Part shown: in pieces, positions 53,136 to 64,000 of the stretch
Layout: each line of letters opens with the position of its first letter
Numbering within the stretch: position 1 is the stretch's first letter
Source: Eledone cirrhosa
Taxonomy: Eukaryota
Length of the DNA: 64,000 nucleotides
Direction of reading: 5' to 3'
NCBI GenBank assembly: GCA_964016885.1
Contig: CAXHJY010000129.1
Span: 1-64,000 of the forward strand
Made by a program: the position numbers and the translations under genes
Notes under the pieces: model-generated
Databases searched by the model: none
What the model saw: the letters and a program-made list of their open reading frames with translations, nothing else
Told to the model about the DNA's origin: nothing

Positions 53136-55184
53136 GCTTGGTGTATAACATTCAGTTACTGATAGTTCACTAGTTTAAGCACTCAATGCATTCTTGGGTG
53201 GTAACCAGCTTTGGTATCCAGAACAAGCAGTTTAATAATAATAATAATGGTGGTAATAATAATATCAAGGGGGTTTCAGGGTTTATTTCAGGTTAGTTAC
53301 ATGCACAAGTTTGTTTTATTAGGTACACATAGACACAAATAACCAATATCTGAACTTGTAGCATCATTATACACTCATACAAACCCATATGCACATATAT
53401 ACTCTCATCATCATCATCATTGTTTAACATCCATTTCTCATGATAGCATGGGTTAGAGAGGTTGCCCCAAAGTGAGACAAGCTAGGTCCGATGACCCTGG
53501 CATGCTCATATAAGACTGGTTTTGGTGTGATTTCTACAGCTGGTTCCTAACACCAACCACATTTACAGTGTGTGCTGGGTGCTTTTTGCCATGCCACCTC
53601 TATAGTGTAGGCTGGACATTTTTTTGTTGCGACACCTGCATGACCACTTTACAGTGGTGATATTTATCCATACATAAGCACACCTATGATAGTCCACATG
53701 AGTATGTAGACATAGTCATACATACACTCATACAGATACCATCATACATAATTTTCACTAACACCCATAAATATACAATAACATTTATACATACACACAC
53801 ATATATATATATACCCATACATATATATATACCTAAATATACCCATACATATATATATATACCTAAATATACCCATACATGTATTCATTTAAAAGTCATA
53901 CAAACACTTATCCATACATATACTAGCGTTTCACACATTTGAAAATGATGATTGATTTCAAATCAGTGATATAATTTATGGAGAAAATCATTGCATTTCA
54001 ATATTACTCAATGTAAAATGTAATGCATGAAAAATTGGAAAACATCATTTTTTGTAATATATCAAATCAAAATTACATTATTAAATCTCATTCTTATTTT
54101 GTTTCTTGTAAATAATTCTTTTCAAAATATCAATTCAAAACTTTTGTGAATAGGCATCATATCTTGTCATTTACCTATGGTTTAAATTTCATATAAATCA
54201 AAGGGAAAACCTTTTCAGTGGGGGTTTGTGTTCCCGGGGAAAACTTTGATTAAAATGAAATATACTTATCCAAGTATCCTGGGCAATGTAGTTTCAGAAT
54301 ATATATGGTTATGGGGGTCTATCTCCCAAACCATAGGTGGAGAGGAACTATAACTTTATATATATATATATATATAAGTTAAAACAATGAAATAAAAAAT
54401 CAAGTCATTAGAGATATACTTCACTGCTTTACGATCGTTTCTATATATATATATACACCTACATACACATACATACACCTACATGTGATGATTTCTCTAC
54501 AAATGTATTGAAACTAATATTCTTTGGAAAATGAAACATATGTAAATAAAAAAAAAGAATGTGTTAATTGTTGAACCCTGCTAATCACACACACATATAT
54601 ATAAATGATATAAAGGTGTGTGTATAATATTTGTTATTAAATATGATTGTTTACTTTAAAATATTGAATCTCAAATAATTGCAGCCAATAAAAACAGTGG
54701 AATGTTTAGATAGACCGATTATATCAGCCAGACCACTGAGTAAACAGTCATTATGAATAACAGACAGTATAGTGATTCTGTATACTGCATATGTGTTCTT
54801 CATACACTGCATGTTTAAAGTTGTTATCACACTCACTGACAATTAACCATATATATATTATCACCCTCAACGTTTAACGTCCATCTTCCATGCTAGCATG
54901 GGTTTAGACGGGAATTGTTCCACTTGAGGCAAGATTGGTCATCTCGCTCGTATAGGACTGTCTGGCAGATTTTCTATGGCTGAATGCCCTTCCTAACACC
55001 AACCACGGTTACAGTGTGGACTGGGAGGTTTTTACCGTGTTACCTACACGGCCACATTACAGCGTGGACTGTGTGTTTTTTTTGTCGTGACACCTACACA
55101 ACCTAATTTATTTAGGACTCGATGTATATATAAGTATGTATATATATATGTATGTATGTATTTATAGAAAATAATGAAACAAAA

Positions 55185-55980
55185 CAAAATTTCATTTCTC
55201 ACTCTTAGTACGGCTGATACTTAAATATAAGTATGTAAACGTACATACATATATGTATACAGACGTACAGGAGTATGTATATATATACATACATGCACAC
55301 ATATATATATATGTACGTATGGGTTTACCGAACATTTATTATAATGTTCGGTTTGTTTGTAAACAAACAGCCCGAATTAAGCCGTACAGTGTTCGGCAAC
55401 CATCATTGCCCTTTTGTTCAACACTGACAAAGGAACGATGAACTAGTTTCAAGCTTATTAGCTATCGTCAGCATCGTATACCTTCCTGTCAAATGATTGA
55501 ATGTTTGAAAGTATATCCTTTCCTTATGCATATTAATGGCTGAGCAGCCTAATTTGCATATCAAGTGAGATAGTCGGCCGGGTGTACCGAAAACGATAAA
55601 TGAAAAAGAATGAAATGAAATGAAATTTCTCACTCTTAGTATGGCTGATACTTAAATGTAAGTATGTATATGTACATACATATATGTATACAGACATACA
55701 GTAGTATGTATATACATACATGCACAGATATATATATGTACATATGGGTTTACCGAACATTTATTATAATGACAAAGGAACGATGAACTAGTTTCAAGCT
55801 TATTAGCTATTGTCAGCATCGTATACCTTCCTGCATGTATGTATATATATATATACATACTACTGTACGTCTGTATACATATATGTATGTACCATTAATA
55901 TGCATAAGGAAAGTATATACTTTCAAACGTTCAATCATGACAGGAAAGTATTCGATGCTGACGATAGCTAATAAGCTTTC
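55185..55980. repeat. 430-bp unit with partial tandem and inverted copies (family of 6051-6670)
   Basis: CTCACTCTTAGTA at 55198 and 55628. The second unit is internally deleted; inverted pieces lie at 55835-55980. Confidence 0.75.
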
Positions 55981-56716
55981 ATGTGCATCACGTGACCATA
56001 CCAACGTAGCCTTCTCTCGAGTAAACAACATCTGATCCCTCTTATTTCTAATATTTCCCTTAGTTCGTTTATGCTTTGCCGTTCGCGTATATTACTATTA
56101 CACATCCAGTGGAGCATGCAAGCTTCGTTCCTCTCTAGTCTGCGTATATCCTCTGCACACAATGCCCAGGTCTCACTGCCATGCAACATTGCTATTCGTA
56201 TGCAGGCATCATACAGCCTGCCTTTCATTTTTAGGGAGAACCCTTTAGCGGCTAATAGTGGTATAAGCTCTCTGAACTTTTTCCATCCAGTTCTGACTGT
56301 AGCTACTGTACTTTCAGAGCACCCTCCCCCACTGCTGATTTTGTCACCCAGGTAACGGAAGCTGTCCACTATTTCTATAGAACCCTCTGCGCAATTGAAA
56401 GAGCTAGTATTCTGTGGGCACTTGCTGCTACTTATTACACCAGAGCACCGGCCACATGTAAAATCTATATTCTTAGTTAGCTTACCTGTGATCCCACTAC
56501 ATCTTTTATGCACCCATATTTTGCATTTGGGACATAAAATGGAGTTTCTACCTATGCCTTTCCTACACACTGAGCATGGCCATTTCCCGGAAGGGACCGG
56601 CGCCTTATTTTCTTTCCTACAAACTAGAACTTTAGTCTTAGCCAGGTTAATTTTAAGGCCTTTTGATTCTAGGCCGTGCTTCCATGTTTGGAATTTCTTC
56701 TCTAGCTCGGCCACTG
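55976..56716 (-). mobile_element. RTE-clade LINE internal fragment, open frame
   Basis: ORF 55968..56714: GLKINLAKTK, CSVC..CPKC..HKRC..CGRC, FRYLG, LHGSETW, LRWYGHV. Confidence 0.9.
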
Positions 56717-57039
56717 ATTCAACTGGGTCAAAGACACTTTGAGCGCAGCCAGTTAGAATCTTATCTTTCCTTCACCGATAACAATGTATTTTATGTCTGA
56801 AATTATTGACTCAACCACAACGAGTTATCACTATGTAGATCTATTTTATTCCCTATTATGTATATATATATATATATATATATATTTGTAATATAAACCC
56901 AATTCCTTGCAAGCAGGGAAAAGCAGACGTAAAATAATGATGATGATGATGATGATGATGATATATATAATATATATATATAATATATATATATTTTCTT
57001 ATCTGTATAAATTCATCAAGTTCTCTTTACCATCTAGAA

Positions 57040-57717
57040 CAAAGGTTCTCAACGGAGGGCATATGCACCCCTGGGGGGCGTTTCGGAACTCCAGAGGGGC
57101 GTTTGGGAGCAAGGTCGCATTAGGGGGGCGTTTGGAGCTGGTTAAGGTGGCGTTGGAAGGCTCTTTATTTTGGTAAGTTTTATAAGCCATATTTGTATGT
57201 CTTTGAGACAGCCAGTGTGAATGCATTTGAATGAGCTTGCAGACAGCATAACTATAGTCTGACCGCAGCTGTGGGCAGGTGTGTCTGGTAATTGAGATCC
57301 TAAAAATGGAAAAACCCACAGTCAACTGGGTCAAAGACACTTTGAGCGCAGCCAGTTAGAATCTTATCTTTCCTTCACCGATAACAATGTATTTCATGTC
57401 TGAAATTATTGACTGAACCACAACGAGTTATCACTATGTAGATCTATTTTATTCCCTATTGTATAAATAATATTACAAATAAAAAAAAAAGAAAAGAAAA
57501 AACAGAAGCGAGTAGCACACACATCTAGGACCACATACAACACATAATCAGATAATACACACATCTTTGGAATATTGTGAATCAATTTTTTAGTAATCTA
57601 CTGATATAAAAATCAGTAGTATATTGAAAAATGGAAAAATAGGGGGGGGGGGGGGGGCGTTTCGTGATTTTGAGGGACAAAAGCTGGCGTTTGGCCTACA
57701 TGGGTTGAGAACCTGTG
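57040..57717. mobile_element. Non-autonomous hAT (Charlie-type) element, 678 bp
   Basis: TIRs CAAAGGTTCTCAAC / GTTGAGAACCTGTG; perfect 8-bp TSD ATCTAGAA at 57032-57039 and 57718-57725, matching the NTCTAGAN target. Confidence 0.92.
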
Positions 57718-57740
57718 ATCTAGAACATTTGAGACATCTC

Positions 57741-57863
<123 letters not shown>

Positions 57864-57965
57864 TACATCTACCAACATATGCGTACAGATGTACACTAAT
57901 ACTAGTAAATATATAAGTTATGTCAAAGTACCTAGGTGGTTCAATGCAGAGGGATGCAGAACAAT

Positions 57966-58217
57966 TATATGAAAGACGTAAAATAAGAAAATTTTAAAAA
58001 TTAAAAATTAACTTACTTACTAAAATTTTCACTCCAACTAATTAGTTTCTGTAATGGGATAAATATAGTTACACAATGTAACTATCGAGAATTCTCGATA
58101 GTTACATTGTGTAACTATATTTATCCCATTACAGAAACTAATTAGTTGGAGTGAAAATTTTAGTAAGTAAGTTAATTTTTAACTTTTAAAATTTTCTTAT
58201 TTTACGTCTTTCATATA
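57966..58217. repeat. 252-bp spacerless palindrome
   Basis: Centre GAGAA|TTCTC at 58091/58092; the arms are complementary except for one mismatch seen. Confidence 0.95.
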
Positions 58218-58954
58218 TATATATATATATTTATTAAAATAACAGATTAAAGTTGGATTTTAGTCTTCAAATTTATTATTATTACTATATATATATATAT
58301 ATTTCGTTTCTGAATTTGTTTAGCAAGATTCTTTATCTGAAAACGTGTGTTGAAACCGATATTGTTATACTTTGGGAGGGTCATGTTGCCAAAAAGAAAC
58401 ACACGCACCAGTTGCTTTCACTTCAATTTATTATAATAAATTTATAAATTTAGGAATTTATAAATTTCCAGTTGGTTGGTTGGTTCCACAACCAGATGGT
58501 TGTTTATATATAAACTAACTATATAGTATTTCATGGATAGTTGGCTGTATTATTTTATATGAGACATAATTAAATAAATCTCTCTTTCTTTCCATACGAT
58601 CGTTTTGTTATAAGATTTCTACAAGGTGGGAAAATTATGTCCAAGTTATGTAGAAGCTTGCATATAATCCATAGAAATCCACGCAAGTGGGCCCTTATAA
58701 CTCATCAGTGGATGCCCAGGCAATATCAATATAAAAAACTATATTGATATTAATATTCAACGATGGTCTCCATCAGTGCTAGAAGGACTGCTAAGTTTGA
58801 AAGTCCAGCAGTCCTTCAAAAAGAAATTTCACACTGTCTCTAAATGGGAAGGGGAGGTCATCATAAAATATAAAATAATATACACATAGATCATTGAACA
58901 CATAGGTCATTAAACGCGAGAATCATTAAACTCAGACTAGTCCTAAATAAAACA

Positions 58955-61660
58955 ATAGCTACAATTATATACACTTATGCACCCCAGGTTGCCAGATGAA
59001 CTTAAGGATAGGTTTTATGAGTCCCTAATGCACACTACCACTCTAACAAATGACAATGAGTTCCTACTCATTGCTGGGGACTTTAACGGACCTGTTGGGA
59101 AACATAGCGATGGCTCTATAGAGTCCAAATGAAGAAGGTTACAAGCTTCTAGAATTCTACGACACCAACGACCTGTTGATATGTAACACTAACTTCAAAA
59201 AGCCCAACAACCACCTAATCACCTATAGATCAGGGGAGCTTACTAGTCAGATAGATTTTATCCTTACCAGAGGACGAGATAGATGGATGGTTGTTAACAA
59301 AAGGCCTTCCTGGGTGAAGAGTGTACCTCCCAACACAGCCTAGTAGTCAGTGGCCTGACTGTCAGAGCTAGAAAAAACTTGAATCAAAAGGCAACCTGGA
59401 GAAGAAAGATCTGGAAGCTGAAAGATCCCTCAGCCAGTAACAGATTCAAATATATTTTACTTGATGCCTATGACAGTAGAGAAGAACAGATACAGACATT
59501 CAATGTAGTGGAGCACTGGGAGTTCCTAAAAATAACCTACTGAAAGCAGCAGATGAGATTTGTGGTTAGAGCAAGACTACAGGGAGAAGGAGACTGACTT
59601 GGTGGAGGAACAATAAGGTAGACAAAGCAATTAAAGCCAAGAGAGAAGCATGGAAACATTGGAAGAATGGGAGGAGCAGGATACATTACATAGAGACCAG
59701 GAGAGAAGCTAGGCGATAAGTATACTTAGCTAGGAGGGAAGCAGAGGATAGAAAATTCAAGCATATTTTGCAACATGAGGACCACAAACGGGAGGTGTTC
59801 AGGATTGTGAGGCAGTGTGTTAGTGAAAATTGTGATGTCATCAGTGAGAAGTGTATCCAGGATGATAAAGGTGCACTTTCCCTCACTCTGGGAAGAAAGA
59901 AGCGTGGAAAAGCCATTATGAAAGATTATTGAATGAGGAGAATGCATGGGAGAAAGAGACCCTACCCCAAGCAGACCCCATTGTAGGCCCAGCAGTACAA
60001 GTCAGTAGCAGTGTAGTAAGTAAGGCAATTAAGGATATGAAAACTGGGAAAGCAGCCGGTCCATCGGGAATAGTTGCTGAGATGCAGAAAGAATCTGGGT
60101 CAGTAGGACACACCATAACCATGCATTTTGTAAACCAAGTAATACTGGATGGTGTCATACCATATGAGTGGCGCAGCATCATTGTCAATTGCTATAAGGG
60201 TAAAGGTGATGCACTAGATAGAGGAAACTGTAGAGGTATAAAGCTGATGGACCAGGTAATAAAAGTAACTGAAAGAGTCATAGTACAGTTGATTAGGGAC
60301 AGGATAAACCTAGATGAGATGCAGTTTGGATTTGTACCATGCAAAAGCATCACTGATGCCCTCTTCCTTGTGAGACAGTTACAGGAACTAAAAGTAAGCC
60401 TCTCTACCTAACATTTGTATATCTGGAGAAAGCTTTCGACAGCGTGCCTCATGACATAATTTGGTGGGCTCTTAGAAAACTTGGAGTAGATGAGTGGCTT
60501 GTGAAGGCTGTACAAGCCATGTATAGAGGAGCAGTTTAGCAAAGTCAGGATTAACAATAACTATAGCGAAGAATTTAGTGTCCAAGTTGGTTCTGCCCTT
60601 AGCCCGCTCCTGTTTATTATCATTTTGCAGGCTATAACAGAGGAGTTTAAGACTGGATGCCCATGTGAACTTCTGTACGTGGATGATCTTACCCTCATAG
60701 CTGAATCCATAGGGGAACTAAAGAAGAAATTCCAAACATGGAAGAAGGGCCTAGAAATAAGGGGTCTTAAAGTCAACCTGACAAAGACTAATGTCCTAGT
60801 AAGTAGAAGAGAAAACAGAACACAGATCACCTCAGGGAAATGGACTTGTCCAGTATGTAGGAAAGGCATTAGTAGAAATTCCATCCTCTGCCCATATGCA
60901 AAATGTGGGTACACTAGAGATGTAGTGGGATCTCAGGAAGTTTAGCTACGAATGTAGGATTTACGTGTGGCAGTTGCACTGGAACAGTAAGCAGCAAACA
61001 ACTGCAGGAAACAAGCACTACCAAATTCTCAGAGGGCTCTGTAGAAACAGTAGACAGCTTCTGCTACTTGGGTGATCGAATTATCAGCAGTGGTAGGTGT
61101 TCTGATAGTACAGTAGCCAGAGTAAGAACAGGATGGATGAAGTTCAGGGAGCTACTACCACTGCTGGCTACAAAAGGCTTCTCCCTCAGAATGAAAGGCA
61201 GACTGTATATTGCGTGCATATATACAGCTATGTTACATGGTAGTGAAACCTGGGTGCTGTGTGCAGAAAACTTGGGTAGATTGGAAAGAAATGAAGCCTG
61301 TATGCTCCGATGGATGTGTAATAGTAATATACGCGAATGGCGAAGCATAAATCAACTGAGAAAGAAACTAGGTATAAGAGGAATCAAATGCTGTGTGCAG
61401 GAGACGAGATTGTGTTAGTATGGACAGGTGTTGCGTATGAAGGACGACAGCTGCATAAAAAAGTGCAGAGCGCTCAAAGTCGTTGGAAGCCTTGGAGTGG
61501 GGATACCCAAGAAGACCTGGGATGAGCTGACCTTGCCCAATTGCACCTCTGAGAGGAGATGACACATGACCAGGATCTCTGGTGATATGCAGTAATACAG
61601 CCGACCCAACTTTCCATGGGCACAAGCTGAAGCATATGTACAGTTTGCACCCCCGTACAG
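58955..61660 (+). mobile_element. Long RTE-clade LINE pseudogene (APE endonuclease + RT)
   Basis: YAPQV, AGDFNG, SQIDFIL, GKAAGPSG, YKGKGD, RGIKL, QFGF, EKAFD, LYVDDL, Cys-rich insert, LHGSETW; several stops and frameshifts. Confidence 0.92.
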
Positions 61661-62082
61661 TTTGATTCATAGGAAATAGAAAAGATAAAAGAGAAAAGCA
61701 GATGGACCATTCCTACTCATTGGGTTTCTTTTGGAGGATCATTATAGTTGCAGATGCTTTATAAGACAGTACTATTCACCAGTGTATGAAAAGAAACTAC
61801 AGGTTTATCCAGGGATAGTTATTTGGTATGAAAACACATCAAATGCTGGACCACAATACACGAAACAAAAGAAGAAGAAAAAGTTACATGCTGATATATA
61901 TATATATGTGTGTGTCTGTGTGAATCATCATCATGATCACCGTTTTACATCCATTTTCCATACTAGCATGGGTTATATATATGTGTGTGTATGTATATAT
62001 ATATACATAGCGAGTCATTACAAATTATTTTGGGGACCTTCATAGTAATATGAGAAGATGGAATTTGTATCCTGTAGAACGA

Positions 62083-62560
62083 CTATAATACTATTTTGAC
62101 TGTTTGATTTAGCAGAACCTCTTTGGTGCCACTCATCAAGCAAAATATATGTATTTGATCATTAATGTTCCCTCTTCTCCCTCTCTCAGACCAAACTTTT
62201 AATAATCTTCTGTTTAAAATCTTAACCACTTTATATATGTTGATTTTGCTGTGGAAAAATGTGTCATGATTATCTAGATATTCGGTGTCATAAGTAAGTT
62301 TAAGTAGGAGGCCCAGTTCATTTGTGTCAACATCGCAGAACTCCACTCTCACTGATTATTTTCACACATTTTTCCACAGTAAAATCAATGTCAATGGATG
62401 GGTACAGAGATACTATTATGCAGTTAGTTAGGTGTTTGTTGTTGCATTCATTGATTCTACTGAGGGGGACCTCTGTGATGTCGCATATATCTGGGGCCAT
62501 CTTAATTATACACCCATAATTTAAAATGCTTGTTGTCTTATTTTCTTCCATAGCTGGAAA
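62083..62560 (-). pseudogene. Degraded RT-like fragment, possibly a different PLE lineage
   Basis: VSLYPSIDIDFTVEKC..ESGVEFCDVDTNELGLLL across a frameshift resembles the sequence that follows RT motif A (D..SLYPSI). Confidence 0.4.
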
Positions 62561-62666
62561 GTTTGTTTTTGTTAGAGCAGTTGTTTTTAAAGCTTTTTGC
62601 CTTTCCTTCTGGTAACAATATAACTATTATTATGTGGTAAGGTGTTGGCAGCCTGCATGCAAACAG

Positions 62667-63007
62667 TTTGAACACAACACAGGTTTCAACACCCCCTACA
62701 ATTTGAACACAACACAGTGTTTCAACACCCCCCACAATTTGAACACAACACAGGTTTCAACAACCCCACAATTTGAACACAACACAGTGTTTCAACACCC
62801 CCCGCCACCCACACACAATTTGAACACAACACAGGTTTCAACAGCCCCCACAATTTGAACACAACATAGTGTTTCAACACCCCCACAATTTGAACACAAC
62901 ACAGGTTTCAACACCCCCACAATTTGAACACAACACAGTGTTTCAACACCCCCCACAATTTGAACACAACACAGTTTAAACATGACACAATTTGAACACA
63001 ACACAGT
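62667..63007. repeat. ~35-37 bp minisatellite, about 9 copies
   Basis: Unit TTTGAACACAACACAG(T)GTTTCAACACCCCC(C)ACAA; CAGG and CAGTG variants largely alternate. Confidence 0.9.
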
Positions 63008-64000
63008 AAAGATACCACCCATAGTTTGAATACATCACCATTCACTAGCACAGTAATTGTGCCTTGTTTTATATATCAATACCACACCCACTCACACTCA
63101 TAATTATACTCAAATATGCGACAACATTAGGGAACAAATCAATTTTTTAAATATTGATTTTATGTAAAGTTAAATTAGGTTTTCTTTCACTAATGCCAGA
63201 GTTTGTATTATAAATTCCTTTGTATTCATAGTTTTTAAGATATCTCGCACCTTGTAAGACACAAAATAATATGTTGACAGAGTAAATATGGTAATTTCTA
63301 TCATGAAATGTAATTACTTTGATTCATTAAGTTTTATAAACTTAAAAATCTTCTTTATAGTAACATTAAAAACGTTATTGATCACCTAATTTCTTTCTTT
63401 AATTTTTTTCATTTGTCAAGATGGCTAATTTATCAATAAACAAGATCATACCCTTATTCATTAAGTCTTTCACTAACAGCTCATTATGACAAGATTCTAT
63501 GTGAAATTACAAAGTAATGGCTATTAAATTGAAGAAAATTTGTTTTTAATTTTAAGGTAAACTTAAGAAATCTTTTAATGCAAACTTCAGTGATACTAAG
63601 AAACAGATATATAGTTGTTAGATGTTGTATCGAGCTGTAAGCTGTTCCCATTACTAAAAATGTTCATATAAAAAACTAAAGAGTAACGTAATATTTAATG
63701 GCAAATGTGAGTAATATTTTTCTAGTTTCAGTGATAGGACTGTGGCCATTCTGTAGCATTCAAAGAGTTTTAGTTACTTATATTGACCCCATGTATTGAC
63801 TTTTGTCCCAAAACGTCATAAATGCCTCAGGATATTTACATAATATACAAAAACACATGTGTAACTCCTTCTGCACACACACACATACAGGCACACACAC
63901 ACATAGACACACAGACACACACACATACAAAGTATTGGTTATGTTTATCTCTTCTTTGATCAATCCTGATCAAGGAGACCTATATTCAAAGGTTCTTCCA

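Overview
AT-rich, microsatellite-dense animal DNA. The SINE, LINE and (TA)n/(CA)n content looks like a mollusc, most plausibly an octopus (inference). Only one host exon is recognisable: 50795-51009 (+), the C-terminal part of a CUB domain resembling SOL-1, so most of the window is probably intron. An 18.4 kb array of a 23-bp satellite (6975-25414, about 800 units) dominates the left half. The rest is decayed transposons: several Penelope-like elements (PLEs; RT + GIY-YIG) with tandem or inverted pseudo-LTRs sitting in (TA)n, a degraded Helitron with an intact 3' end, four RTE LINE copies, two hAT MITEs with TSDs, and two SINE families. Most notable: (1) several non-canonical hammerhead-ribozyme folds (CAGAAGA and CCGAUGA cores, plus a type III-like form) in unit-plus-terminal-repeat elements that resemble retrozymes; (2) a C4HC3 PHD-like finger inserted right after the RTE YADD motif; (3) a satellite unit whose minus strand reads as a stop/start-overlapped MNKSGGL* mini-ORF; (4) many long inverted repeats in a probable neural-gene intron. 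All calls were made by eye; no searches or folding programs were run.
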